Of a stretch of DNA of 64,000 bases, positions 12,228 to 24,888 are shown one piece after another. The position numbers were made by a program, and so were the translations under genes. A model generated the notes under the pieces. That model did no database searches. It had not been told where the DNA came from and saw only the letters and a list, made by a program, of their open reading frames with translations. Within the stretch, counting starts at the first letter, position 1, and every line of letters begins with the position of its first letter. The DNA comes from an uncultured Mycoplasmataceae bacterium (GTDB lineage Bacteria > Bacillota_I > Bacilli_A > Mycoplasmatales > Hepatoplasmataceae), in NCBI GenBank assembly GCA_947330515.1, contig CAMZOE010000065.1, positions 1,526 through 65,525 on the forward strand. The letters run 5' to 3'.

Positions 12228-13625
12228 TTATTTTAGTATATTAGCTTTTATTTTAGAAATTGCAATATTTAAATTTTTATCAATTTCTTTTCTTTGTTCG
12301 ATTTTTTTAATACTACTAATTATTGTAGAATGATTTCTATCTATTTTTTTACTAATTTCTTTTAAAGAAAAATTTAAAAGAGTTCTGCTTAGATAAATAG
12401 TTATTTGTCTTGCTAGTAAAATATTTTTATGTCTAGATTTTCCTAAAACTTCTTCTTTGCTAATGTTATAGTAGTCTACAACCGCATTAACAACATTATC
12501 AAAAGTAAGAGTACTTATTTTATTTTTATTGTCTTTAAAGATTGAATTCATTACTTCCATTGTAATGTGATTTACATTTGTATTTATTGTTCAAAAAATT
12601 ACTCGATTAATTGATCCTTCAAGTTCTCTTATATTTGTACTAAAATTTTTTGCCAAATATTCAATACATTCTTCATCAATGAAATTTAAGTCAAAATCAT
12701 GAATTAATTTCATTTTCATCTTTATTATTTTTTTTGCTCCCTCAAAATCTGGGGGCAAAATACCAATAGTTAACCCTTTTTCAAATCTAGTAATAAACCT
12801 TTGTTCGAAATTATCAAGTTCTTGAGGATAAGTATCTGAAGTTATAATTACTTGTTTATCATTTTCAATAAAATTATTAAAAATATGAAAAAATATTTCT
12901 TTTGCTTTTGTTCAAGTTTGAATAAATTGAATATCATCAACCAATAACATGTCATATTTACTATAGTTTTCTTTGATGTATTCTATTTCATCACTAGCAT
13001 TTTTACTTTTTATTGCTTGATGAACTAATTCTCCAAAATCTTTAGCTTGTATGTATTTAACATTGAAATTTGGATGATTTTCAATAGTTTTATTTCCTAT
13101 TGCATGTAATAAATGAGTTTTCCCTAATCCACTTCCTCCATAGATAAAAAGGGGATTTCAAGGTCCTCCAGGTTTTAAACTTACACTAAGAGCGGCAGAA
13201 TAAATCATTTGATTGATGTTCGAAACAACATACGTTTTAAAAGTTAATTTTTCTTTTAAAGAATTTGTTGAATAATCAATTTCTAAATGTTTTTTTTCAA
13301 CAATATTTTTTTTAGTTTTAGTTTCTTTTAATTTTTCTTGTTGTTTGTTATAATCCTCTTTTAAAGTTAAAACAACATTATAATTGCTATTTAAAACATT
13401 ATTAAAAGCTTTTGTAAGTGCTCCTCTAAAACTATTTTCTATAATTGTCATATAGAAAAGAGAATCAACGATAATGATTATTTCTTTGGTCTCTTCGTTT
13501 ATTTGTTTTAATATTGTGTCCTTTGTTACACTAATAAACAATTCTTTTTGTTGTTCATTAATTTCAATTATTTCAAAGACATTAATTAAAATTTCTTTTA
13601 ATTTACTTTTTTCGATAGTATTCAT
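12228..13625 (-). CDS. dnaA: Chromosomal replication initiator protein DnaA (465 aa)
   Basis: Track ORFs 12228..12560 and 13158..13625 are in frame. The hand-read middle gives WNPLFIYGGSGLGKTHLLHAIGN (Walker A), LLVDDIQF and the sensor region. The C-terminus carries the DNA-binding signature GKSRHKNILLARQITIYLSR...SLKEISKKIDRNHSTI. Confidence 0.95.
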
Positions 13626-13794
13626 TCTATTTAATATTATAAAGGTGATACTTTTTTTTGTGTCAAAAATATAAAATTAATTCTTTTTTTTAAAAAAAAC
13701 AAAAATTTTATATAATTTTAATTATAAACTTATAGAATTCAAGTTATTAAAATTGAAGTTAAATTTTATGCTTAAAAATAAGAAAGGAATTTTT

Positions 13795-13929
13795 ATGAAA
13801 AGAACATATCAACCAAACAAACGTAAAAGAGCTAAAACTCATGGTTTTAGATCAAGAATGGCAACAAAAAATGGTAGAAGAGTTTTATCTGCCAGAAGAA
13901 ATAAAGGTAGAAAAGATATTACTGTTTAA
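13795..13929 (+). CDS. rpmH: 50S ribosomal protein L34
   Basis: Hand translation gives [50 protein letters not shown] lies upstream of the start. Confidence 0.95.
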   Translation: MKRTYQPNKRKRAKTHGFRSRMATKNGRRVLSARRNKGRKDITV

Positions 13930-13931
13930 AA

Positions 13932-14285
13932 GTGAAAAAAAAATATTCATTAAAACAAAATAATGTCTTTAATGATGTTTTAAAAAAAGGTAAAAAAAAT
14001 CATAGTGAATTTTTTTTACTTTCAAAATCAAGACATCAAAATAATTATGGACATATTAGAATAGGTATTTCTATTCCTAAAAAATTTGGAAATGCTGTTT
14101 TTCGTAATAAACAAAAAAGGCAAATAAAGAATATTATCGATTCTTTTTTTATTGATATTAAAGATAAAAATGTTGATTTAATTATTTTAGCAAAAAAACC
14201 TTTTTTTAGTTTATCATTTATTGAAAAACAAACCATTTTAGAAAAAAAAGTGAAAGAATTTATAATTAATGGCACAAGGACATAA
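13932..14285 (+). CDS. rnpA: Ribonuclease P protein component
   Basis: GTG start 2 nt after rpmH. It is a basic 117-aa protein with the RNR-like motif AVFRNKQKRQIKN, in the conserved position rpmH-rnpA-yidC. Confidence 0.85.
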   Translation: MKKKYSLKQNNVFNDVLKKGKKNHSEFFLLSKSRHQNNYGHIRIGISIPKKFGNAVFRNKQKRQIKNIIDSFFIDIKDKNVDLIILAKKPFFSLSFIEKQTILEKKVKEFIINGTRT

Positions 14286-16671
14286 CTCTTTTTACGAAGA
14301 ATCTTCTACTAAAGGTTCTAATGGTAAAAAGTTAGATTTAAATTGAAAGAAAATACTTAAGTCATCACTTAAAGTTTTTAAGTGAGCAACTTTCCTTTTT
14401 TTAGCAATTACAACGCTATGAGGATGTGTGCAAGAATTTACTATTTCAACTTCAAAACAATTAACACAAGGGCTGGAAACATATAAAAATTCACAGGACA
14501 TTCTTCCTAATCTTTATTATCTTAAGAAGAGTTTTTCTTATACTTCAGCAACAAAAACAGATGGTGAATATATAGATGATGCTTCTAAAGCAGTAACACC
14601 TTTTCAAAATATTTTATATCCTTCTGTTGAAAAAAAAGATGGAAGTGTTAATTTTGCTTCCTTAGAATGAATTGATGCTGATGAAGCACATAGAAGAATA
14701 ACTGATGAATCAGATGTATATGACATTACTCTTCCTAATTTTACTAGTACAGTAACGTTATTAAATTCAGTTGCAGCATTAAATTATTTTTTAATGTTTG
14801 ATCAAAGTCAACAAAAAAATATTAGTGGTGAAGAACAAATGTTTTTACCATTTTATAATGTTGATATTGATACTGGGATAGGAAAATGATTTATCCCTAA
14901 AAAAGCTTCAAAAACAAATGATGTTGAAACTGTTGAAGTTCATCATTTTTTTGATTATAAAAGTTGACTAACAACAGAAGATTTTGATTTAATTAGTACA
15001 AATCCAACGTTAATAAAAGCTATGGAAGCAATTGATGAAGCAATTCTTTATACAAATGCTTATGGTTTTTATAATATTGAATCAATTACTCCAACTGATG
15101 TTATCTTTACAGATGTTGCTTCACCAGATGATTCAATAAATTTCCAAACTATTATTAATAATAATCTTAAAATTATTGATGAAACAGAAAAAGTTCCTGA
15201 TGTAGTTAAAAATTATTATGATAGCTTAGGAACAACTTATACAACATTTGATTATAATAAAATTTTTCAAAATGAAGATGGTGAAGTTAACGCAGGAATT
15301 TCTGTTTTAGTTGATCAAGCAACTAAAAAAAATAATTATGTTCCTAGTTTAGATACTTATAATTATCTTTATAAAGAAGGTGGAATTGATGAAATTCGTT
15401 CAAGAAATTTTGAATCAATAGCACCTACTGAAACAGCTAGAAACACTTATAATAATGATTATTCTCTTGGTAATGTTGGATGATTATTTCTAGATACTGA
15501 AGGTAATAGAATTAAGTTTACTAATTCTAGTGAAGAAGAGTTTTTACAAGGACAAACTCTTGATACAACAATTGGGACTGCTGATGAAATTCATAAGACT
15601 ATTGATTATTGAAATAAAAAATTTATTGATTATTCATATAAAACTGATTTTAATGATAATAATTCATTTTCATTTATTTTAAATAAAAATGAAGAAATAA
15701 ATTATAAAATTGATTTAAGTGAATTTACGTCAAATAATTTTTTAGGATTTACATCCATAAATAACATTGTTGGTAGAGGTGTTGAATATAACCAAAACAT
15801 CTTTTTAACTCCAAAACATTCAATTGAAGAAAGTGGATTGAAAGGATATAACGATAAGAGAATTGCCTTATCTTCTTGAGGTGAAGCATGAACTTATGGG
15901 CCATTTTACGGAATGTTTGTTTATCCAATTTCAATGATTGCAAATTTCCTTTCCGATTTGTTTAAATATGAAAGTATTGGAGCATGATCAGTTCTTATTT
16001 CTGTTTTTATTATTGTCTTCTTCTTTAGAACTTTAGCAGCTTTAATATCTTTAAAAGGAACAAGAAATTCTCAAAAAATGCAAGAATTACAACTTGAAAT
16101 TGCACAAATTAATGCAAAATATGAAATGTATAAAGATAATAAAAATATGAAACAAAGAAAACAAATGGAAATTATGGCATTGTATAAAAAAGAAGGAGTG
16201 TCTCCATTTTCATCATTTTCTAATATTTTCATGACCTTGCCGATTTTCTTAGCAATGTGAACAATTATTTCAACACTACCACTTTATAAAGTTGCAGCAT
16301 TTGGACCATTCTTATTATCTGTTTCACCTTTATTTGGAATTTTTAATATTTTCTTTCAAACAGCAGGTTTATATTTAATCATTTCAATAGTTGTTGGTAT
16401 GCTTCAATTCTTATCATTTAAATTACCAACATATCTTGTTCAAAAAAGAAAAGGTATTAAAAACCTAGATGAACAAACAAAAATTCAAATGAAAAAAAAT
16501 GGAAAAATGATGACAATAATGTTGGTAGTATTTGTTTTCATTGGATTAACAATTCCAACATTATTATCTATTTATTGAATTTTTTCATCATTATTTACAA
16601 TTGTTCAAACGTTAGTTCAACATTATTTCCAAGTAAAAAAAGCGGAGAAAATAAAAAAAGCAAATAGTTAA
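14269..16671 (+). CDS. yidC: Membrane protein insertase YidC, lipoprotein form with a very large N-terminal ectodomain (800 aa)
   Basis: ATG at 14269 overlaps rnpA by 17 nt. The signal peptide and lipobox read FLFLAITTLWGC (Cys53). The frame stays open through 9 hand-checked TGA codons. The conserved core begins near residue 537 with WGEAWTYGPFYGMFVYPISMIANF and includes RTLAALISLKGTRNSQKMQELQ. The stop is TAA at 16669. Confidence 0.85.
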
Positions 16672-16673
16672 TT

Positions 16674-18011
16674 ATGGAAACAATTTATTCTTTAGTGACA
16701 AAACCAATTAATCAAAATATAGCAGTCATCAGGATTTCAGGTCCTGATGCTTTTTGCTTTTTAAATCTTATTTTAAAAACAAAAATTACACCTGAAGCGA
16801 ACAAAGTAGTTTATTCTAAATTTTTTAATAATGATGAATTTATTGATGAAGGATTAATTTTAATGTTTAAAGGACCAAATTCTTTTACCGGCGAGAATGT
16901 TGTAGAAGTACAAACTCATGGTTCAATGTATGTTGTTGAAAAAATTCTTGAGATTTTTAGAAAATCTAAAATAGGAAGAGTAGCATTACCTGGAGAATTT
17001 TCTAAACAAGCATTTTTAAATAAAAAAATGGATCTTACAAAAGCTTCAGCTATCAATTCATTAATTCTTAGTGAAAATAAACAAGTTGCAAGAAAATCAT
17101 CTTTAAATATTAATGGTAAACAATTAAATTATGTAAATCATTTAATTAAAGTTTTGGAAAATTTAATTGCCAGATTACAAGTATCAATAGATTATCCAGA
17201 AAATAACGATATAGAAGAATATTCTTCAAAATCAATTCATAAAGATTTAAAAGTTTTAAAAGAAGATATTTCTTGATTAATAAAAAAATCTAAACAATTA
17301 CAAAAAGTAAATGATGGTTTTTCAGTAGTTATAATAGGAGAACCTAATGTTGGAAAATCAACATTAGTTAATGAAATTCTTGGTGAAGAAAGAGTTATTG
17401 TATCTGATATAAAAGGGACTACTAGAGATGTTATAGAAGTTAGAATTAATATTAATGATGTTAACATTACTTTAAAAGATACTGCTGGATTAAGAAATAG
17501 AACTAATGATAAATTAGAAGCAATTGGAATTGAAAAAACAAAAGAAGAAATTAAAAAATCAGATTTAGTTCTTTATTTACAAACAATTGATAACATTTCT
17601 TCTTCCTTACCATCATATTTAGAGGATTCAAAAGATAAAACAATTAATATTCTTACTAAGAGTGATTTAATTCCTAATCATAAAAAAAATAATAATTATG
17701 TTTATATTTCATCTATTAATGGAGAAATTGATCAATTGTTAACAGCTATTGAAGATGGATTAAAAAATTTTATTCCTAATCAAATGGAAAAAGATTTTGA
17801 ATATCTTACTGACAAAACACAAATTTCTTTATATGAAGAAATTTTGGAAAATATCGAAGGAACTTTAGAACTATTGGTTCAAAACTATCCAATTGATTTA
17901 ATTCTTTCAGAAGTGGAAAATTCATTAGAAATCTTATATAGAATCATCGGTAAAAAAATGAATCCCGATTATATTAATAATTTATTTGGAGGATTTTGTC
18001 TTGGAAAATAA
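16674..18011 (+). CDS. mnmE: tRNA modification GTPase MnmE (TrmE)
   Basis: Track ORFs 16674..17276 and 17736..18011 are in frame. The middle reads VIIGEPNVGKSTLVNEIL...GTTRD...DTAGLR (G1-G3 motifs). The C-terminus is FCLGK. Confidence 0.92.
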
Positions 18012-18792
18012 AAAATTAATTGATACTCATGCACATTTATTAAAAGAAGTTTATGAAGAATTTGATTTAAATCAAATTATTAAAGAAAATTTAGATAAAA
18101 TAGAATATATTTTTAATATTTCTTGAAATCTAGAAACATCAAAAAAAGTTATTGCTTTAAATAAAGAATTTCCAAAACTTTTACCAGTTATTGGTATTCA
18201 TCCAAATGATGTTGAAGAAATAGAAGTTGAAAGTACAATTAAAGAATTAGAAAAATTAATTATTGAAAACAAAATTTATGCAATTGGTGAAATTGGCATT
18301 GATTTGTACAGAAGTGAAGAAGGTACGCTTAAAAAACAAAAATTATTTCTTGGAAAACAATTAGAATTAGGGATAAAACATAATTTACCAATTGTTCTTC
18401 ATATTAGAGATGCATATGAAGAAGTGATAGAAGTTTTAGTTAAATACCCTGAAGCAAAATTATTAGTTCATTCTTGAAATTCAAATGTTGAAACATTAGA
18501 AAAATTTTTAAATTTACCAAATGAAGTTTATTTTGGAATAAATGGAATTGTAACTTTTAAAAATGCTAAAGAATTAAATAGTTCAATTAAATCAATTCCA
18601 CTTGATAAGTTAGTTATTGAAACTGATTCACCGTGATTAACACCATCACCTAATCGTTCAATAAAACCAAATCAACCAATTTATGTAAAAAATGTTTTTG
18701 AATATTTAGTTTTAAATTTAGAAATTGATGAAAATGAATTAAGTAAAATATTATTAAAAAATTCAAAGGAGTTTTTCAATCTTGAATCATAA
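18001..18792 (+). CDS. tatD: TatD-family metal-dependent DNase/hydrolase
   Basis: The N-terminus reads (TTG)ENKKLIDTHAHLL. The gene contains several TGA codons, so it has no track ORF. The start codon is uncertain, with TTG at 18001 the best fit. The stop is TAA at 18790. Confidence 0.75.
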
Positions 18793-19585
18793 GACAAAGA
18801 AAAAATTTGGTCAAAATTTTTTAATGGATAAAAATATTTTAGATAAAATTATTTTACTTTCAAAACCAAATAAAAAAAACATAATTGAAATTGGACCGGG
18901 AACAGGAAATTTAACTAAGTATATTTTAAAAGAAGAACCAAAAAAACTATTAGCATTTGAAATTGATGAAGATTTAATTCCTTTATTAAAAGATGAATTT
19001 TCTTCATTTGAAAATTTCAAATTAATCGCTTCCGATTTTTTAAAAGTAAATTTAGAAGAAATTATTGAAGAAGAATTTTTTGGAGAAAATGTTGATGTTA
19101 TTGCAAATTTACCTTATTATATTTCTTCAAGAATTATTTTTAAACTTTTAGAAAATCCACAAGTTAATTCTATTGGGATTATGTTACAAAAAGAATTGGT
19201 AGAAAGAATAGTTTCTAAACCTTCAACAAAAGCATATGGAAGATTTAGTGTAGCTCTTAACTCTTTTTATGAAATTGAAGATTATTTCATTGTTTCAAGA
19301 AATGTTTTTAATCCTGTTCCTAAAGTTGACAGTGCTTTTATAAAGTTAAATAAAAGAAAAGTTTTTCCTAAAGAGATCAAAGATTATCTTGAGTTTATTA
19401 AACTTTCTTTTGCTCAAAAAAGAAAAACTTTTTTAAATAGTTTAAAAACTAATGAACTATTTTATAATATAACTTATAAATACTTAGTTAAACAAAATTA
19501 TGATTTAAAAATAAGAGCAGAATCATTAAGTTATAAAGAATTTATAAATATATATGAAGAAATAGAAAAGGAAAAAAATGCATAG
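18782..19585 (+). CDS. rsmA: 16S rRNA (adenine1518/1519-N6) dimethyltransferase
   Basis: Track ORF with a TTG start. It reads KKKFGQNFLMDKNILDKII, carries the SAM motif EIGPGTGNLT, and has NLPYYISS. Confidence 0.9.
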   Translation: MNHKTKKKFGQNFLMDKNILDKIILLSKPNKKNIIEIGPGTGNLTKYILKEEPKKLLAFEIDEDLIPLLKDEFSSFENFKLIASDFLKVNLEEIIEEEFFGENVDVIANLPYYISSRIIFKLLENPQVNSIGIMLQKELVERIVSKPSTKAYGRFSVALNSFYEIEDYFIVSRNVFNPVPKVDSAFIKLNKRKVFPKEIKDYLEFIKLSFAQKRKTFLNSLKTNELFYNITYKYLVKQNYDLKIRAESLSYKEFINIYEEIEKEKNA

Positions 19586-20567
19586 AAAAGAAAATTTTAT
19601 TATTTTTGGTTTAAACGATGATGATAAAATGGCAAAATTAGTTTGTGATCATTTGGGTGTTGAACAAGGAAAGTTAGACATTAAAAAATTTTTAGATGGT
19701 GAAATTTATCAAAGTACAAAAGAGAGTGTTAGAGGGAAAGATATTTTTATTATTCAATCAACTTCTTCTCCAGTAAATGATAATTATATGAAAATTTTTA
19801 TGTTAGCTGATTTATTAAAAAGAGCATCTGCTAAAAGTATTGTTGCAATAATTCCTTATTTTGGTTATTCAAGACAAGAAAAAATTTCCATAAGTAAAAG
19901 GGAACCAATTACAGCAAGTTTAGTTGCTAATTTATTGGAGGTTAGTGGAGTCCAACATTTAATTACGTTTGATATTCATGCCCCACAGATTCAAGGATTT
20001 TTTCATATTCCAACAGATAATGTTAGAAGTTTACAATTTTTAATTAAATATATCAAAGAAGAAAATGATCTTAAAAATACTGTTATTCTTTCTCCTGATT
20101 TTGGGTCAGTAAGAAGAGCAAGATATGTTGCTAGTGTTTTAGATTTACCAATTGCAATTATAGATAAAAGAAGAGAAAAACATAATGTTGCTACTTCTAA
20201 AAATGTTATTGGAGATATTGATAATAAAGATTTATTAATCATTGATGATATGATCGATACAGGAAATACTCTAAAAGAGAGTTTAAAACTTGTTAAAGAT
20301 AGAGTTAATAAAATCACTATTGCTGCAACTCATGGAATTTTCTCATACCCAAAAGATAAATATAAAGATATTGATGAATATCTTGAATCATTTAAAGAAT
20401 ATGGTGTTGACGATATATATATTACTAATACTATTGATAATAGTCAAGTAAAAAATCCAATTTTAAAAATTGTCGATGTTTCTAAACATTTAGCTAAAAT
20501 TATTGAAATTGTTTTAGGGAAAGATAGTTCTTCACTATCTGAATATTTTAAAAAAGAATGAAATTAA
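19578..20567 (+). CDS. prs: Ribose-phosphate pyrophosphokinase
   Basis: The track ORF ends at a TGA at 20559. Reading through adds W-N and reaches TAA at 20565. The PRPP-binding loop DDMIDTGNT is present. Confidence 0.9.
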
Positions 20568-21118
20568 TTGTTGGCCTAGGTAATCCAGGAAATAAATATC
20601 AAAAAAATCATCATAATGCTGGTTTTATTGTAATGGAAGAATTTTTAAGACGTCACGGATTAACTATTAAAAAACAAAAATTTAATGGTATCTATGAAAA
20701 AGTTAGAATTCAAAATCAAGAAGTTATTTTAGCGATGCCATATACATTTATGAATTTGTCAGGTAATTTTGTTTTTGCTATTTCTAATTATTTTGGAATT
20801 AGTCCTAAAGACATTTTAATTATTCACGATGACAAAGATATTTTATTAGGAAAATATAAATATAAATTTAGTGGTGGCCATGCTGGACAAAATGGTGTTA
20901 GAAATATAATTCAACAATTAGGAACAAAAGATTTTTCAAGATTAAGAATAGGAATTGGATTAGAAAAAGGTAAAGAAATCAACATCATGAATCATGTTCT
21001 TAAAAATTTTAGTAATTTTTATTATAAAAATTTGCTTAGCGATGATACACTTTATGAATCACTTGATTATTTTTTAAATAATGATATTTTGGACACAATG
21101 AATAAGTATAATGAATAA
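20558..21118 (+). CDS. pth: Peptidyl-tRNA hydrolase
   Basis: The protein reads MKLIVGLGNPGNKYQKNHHNAGF and contains GGHAGQNGVRNI. Confidence 0.92.
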   Translation: MKLIVGLGNPGNKYQKNHHNAGFIVMEEFLRRHGLTIKKQKFNGIYEKVRIQNQEVILAMPYTFMNLSGNFVFAISNYFGISPKDILIIHDDKDILLGKYKYKFSGGHAGQNGVRNIIQQLGTKDFSRLRIGIGLEKGKEINIMNHVLKNFSNFYYKNLLSDDTLYESLDYFLNNDILDTMNKYNE

Positions 21119-22013
21119 TTCAAAAAAAATTTTACTTGCTGTTTCTGGTGGTCCGGATTCAATGTATATGTTAAATAAATATAGAAACAAAGCAATTGAG
21201 GTTGCTCATGTTAATTACAATTATCGTGGTAATGATTCAATTAAGGATGAAGCACTAGTTAGAAACTTTTGTAATTCTAGAAAAATTCCTTTTCATGTAC
21301 TAGTTTTAAATCATGAAAAGGAATTATCGCTTTCTAAAATTAAAAATAAACAATATCGTGCAAGACAAATTCGTTATGATTTTTTTTTCAATATAATGAA
21401 AGAAAATAATTTAGAAACATTATTAGTAGCACATAATAAAGATGACTTTTTAGAAACTGCAATTATGCAATATAAAAAAAGTCCTAACGATAGATTATTT
21501 TATGGAATTAAAAAGAAAACAATGATTAACAATTTTCTTATCGAAAGACCTTTATTAAAATATTGAAAAAATGATATTTTAGAGAAATGTAATAAAAAAA
21601 ATATTCCGTATAGAGTTGATCAAAGTAATTTTGAACCTGTCTATCAAAGAAATAGAATTAGAATTGTTTTAAAAAATAAATCTTTACTTGAAAAAGAGAA
21701 TTTGATAAAAAGTTATGAAAATATTAATTTACAAAGAAAATCGCTCAATAAAGAAGTAGAATTTTCTTTTTCTCTTTGAAAAGATGAAAATTTTTCAATT
21801 AAGGTATTTAAAGAGTTTGATGATAAATTAAAAAATCACTTAGTTTATCAATGGATTATTGAACAAAATATTTATATTAATTTAAGTAAAGGAAAGATAA
21901 TTAATATTGTTAATTTTATTCAAAGCAAAAAAGGAAATAACAATAATTATAAATTATCAGATAAATATTATATTTTAAAAAAAAATAAAGAAATAAAAAT
22001 AGAAAGATATTAA
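21111..22013 (+). CDS. tilS: tRNA(Ile)-lysidine synthase
   Basis: The PP-loop LLAVSGGPDSMYM is present. The track ORF is extended through two TGA codons to TAA at 22011, and the whole extension was hand-read. Confidence 0.88.
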
Positions 22014-22014
22014 A

Positions 22015-22557
22015 ATGACGACTGAAGATAAGTTAGTAAAGGAAATCCTTTATACTGAAGAAGAAATTCAAAAAAGAATAAAAGAAATAGCAATAGAAAT
22101 AAATGAACATTATAAAGCAAGTGATGAAATTATTATTATGCCAATAATCAAAGGGGGGTTAAATTATACTTATGATTTAATTAAGCATATTAAAATAGAT
22201 TTATCAATTTCTTTAATAAAAGCATCATCATACCATTTGTTGGAAAAACTTTCAACTCCTAAAATATCTTTAATTGATGATATAAACATTAAAGATAAGG
22301 ATGTTTTATTAGTTGATGATATTGTTGATACTGGTGAAACTCTTTTAGGAGTCAAAAAAATTTTAGAAACATTTAACCCTAAATCAATTGCTATTACTTC
22401 TTTATTTTATAAAGAAAATAATAATGAAGAAGTTAAACAAATGAAAAGCTTCGTTTGTTGAAGAAAAAATCCCAAAGGTTTCTTGATGGGATATGGTTTA
22501 GATTATGATGAAAAATATCGTAATTTGCCATATATTGCTATTATTAGTTATAATTAG
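22015..22557 (+). CDS. hpt: Hypoxanthine-guanine phosphoribosyltransferase
   Basis: The PRPP motif [14 protein letters not shown] is present. After the TGA the translation continues [29 protein letters not shown]. The stop is TAG at 22555. The conserved tilS-hpt-ftsH order is kept. Confidence 0.9.
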
Positions 22558-22593
22558 TATTAGTAAATATTTAATAATTAGAAGGAATACAAA

Positions 22594-24780
22594 ATGCAAA
22601 AAGTTTCATTTTCTTCATTATCTAGATTAAAGATAATCAATGATAATAAAGATCCAAAGAAAATGCCACCATCTGAAAAGAACAATCAACAAAAAGGAAA
22701 TAATTTAAAATCAACTAAAAAACCAAAATCAAAACTTTGAAAAACTTTATGAATTTCTCTTGGAGTTTTAGTTAGTATTTTAATTTTAACGTTAATTTTT
22801 GCACCAAGAGCGAATGATCTTACAGTTAAACAAATTATGGCTTTAGCTAGCGCTCCTAAAGATGCTCTTAAAGATGTCAATATTGATGTATATTTTTATA
22901 CTGATAATTTAGCCCAATTTGTTGTACAAATACCAAAGGCGATTAAAATAGGTGATGTAACTTTCCAAAAAGGAACTTATATTACAGCTTTAAATTCATT
23001 GTGACTTGGGTTTCCTAACTTTCTAAAAGAGTTATCAACAATAGGTGGAGCGAATGTTCGCTTAATAATCCCTCAAACACCATTTTTATTATCATTAATT
23101 TTAGCATTATTACCATGAGTAATTTTTGGATTAATTTCATGATTTATAATTAAATTAGTAATGGATAAACAAACTGGACAATTAGGATTTGGAAAATCAC
23201 AATCTAAACCACAAACTTCAAGTGTAAGATTTAATGATATTGCTGGTTATGAAGAAATTAAATTAGAAATGAAAGAATTAGTTGATTTCTTAAAAGAACC
23301 AGAAAAATTTAAAAATAGAGGAATAAGAACACCTAAAGGAGTTCTATTATCAGGTCCTCCAGGAACTGGAAAAACTTTATTTGCTAAAGCAATCGCTGGT
23401 GAAGCTAAAGTGCCATTTTTCTCAATTTCTGGTTCTGATTTCGTTGAAATGTTTGTTGGTGTAGGAGCTTCAAGAGTGCGTTCATTATTTAAGAATGCAA
23501 AAGCAATTGCACCTGCATTAATTTTTATTGATGAATTAGATGCTGTTGGAAGAAAAAGAGGTTCTGGAATGGGAACTAATGATGAAAGAGAACAAACTTT
23601 AAATCAACTACTTGTTGAAATGGATGGATTTGTTGAAAACTCTGGAGTTATTATTGTTGCTGCAACAAATAGACCTGATGTTCTTGACCCTGCTTTAAAA
23701 AGACCTGGTAGGTTTGATAGAGAAATTCAATTAAGATTACCAGATATTAGAGAACGTGAAGAAATTTTAAAACGTCATTCAAAATCAAAAAAATATGAAA
23801 AAAATATTTTATGATCAAATATTGCTAAGAGAACACCAGGATTTTCTGGAGCGCAATTAGAAAACGTTTTAAATGAAGCAGCAATTTTATCAATTAGAGA
23901 AGATAGATTATTTGCTAATATGGAAGATATCGATGAAGCTATTGATAGAGTAATTGCTGGACCTTCAAAAACAAATAATATTATTTCTATAGAAGAGAAA
24001 AAACTAGTTTCTTATCATGAAGCTGGACATGCAGTAATCGGACTTATATTAGAAAAAGCTCAAAAGGTACAAAAAATAACTATTATTCCTCGTGGGGATG
24101 CTGGTGGTTATGTATTAATGACACCTAAAAAAGAAAAATTCATTCAAACCAAAAGTGAATTAGAAGCTCAATTAGTTTCTTATCTTGGAGGAAGAGTTTC
24201 AGAAGAAATATTCTTTGGTCCAGAAAACATCACTACTGGAGCATATTCTGATATTCAAGAAGCAACTAAAATTGCTAAGAGAATGGTTACAGAATTTGGA
24301 ATGTCAAGTTTAGGACCAGTTCAATTTCATAAATCAAGTGAACAAGAATTATATGGTCAAGAATCAAGTGTTCTTACCTCTTCGACATTGAAAAATGAAA
24401 TTGATACTCAAATTTTAAAATTAATTAATGAATCTTATGCACGTGCATATAAAATAATTTTAGAAAATAAAGATTTAATTGAATTGTTTGCAAAAGCATT
24501 AATGTTAAAAGAAACAATTAATCTTGAAGAAATAGAATACATATATAAAAATAGAGTTATTCCTGAAGAGTTCTTTAATGTACAAATGTCAAAAGCAAAT
24601 AAAACTTCATTTAAAATTGAAGAGTTTGTTTTAGAAGGTGGAATTACTATCTTTGCTTCTCCGAAAGAAATTAAATCAATAAAAGATAAAATCTCTAAAA
24701 AATTAGAGCAAAGAAAATTAGAAGAACAAAATCTAAAAAAAGAAACTTCTAATAAAACAAGTCAAAACAAACATAAATAA
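22594..24780 (+). CDS. ftsH: ATP-dependent zinc metalloprotease FtsH
   Basis: Three in-frame pieces join into one ORF. Motifs are GPPGTGKTL (Walker A), [11 protein letters not shown]-like [10 protein letters not shown], the SRH region and the zinc site HEAGHAV. Confidence 0.95.
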
Positions 24781-24794
24781 ATTTAAACAAATTT

Positions 24795-24827
24795 AAAACA
24801 CTGATTTTCAGTGTTTTTATTTTTTTA
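24795..24827 (+). terminator. Rho-independent terminator after ftsH
   Basis: Stem AAAACACTGA / TCAGTGTTTT with a 3-nt loop, followed by a T-rich run. Confidence 0.65.
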
Positions 24828-24888
24828 TAATAATAAATATATATTTGCTAAAATATAAATATATTATATTTATTTAATTTGGAGAAAA

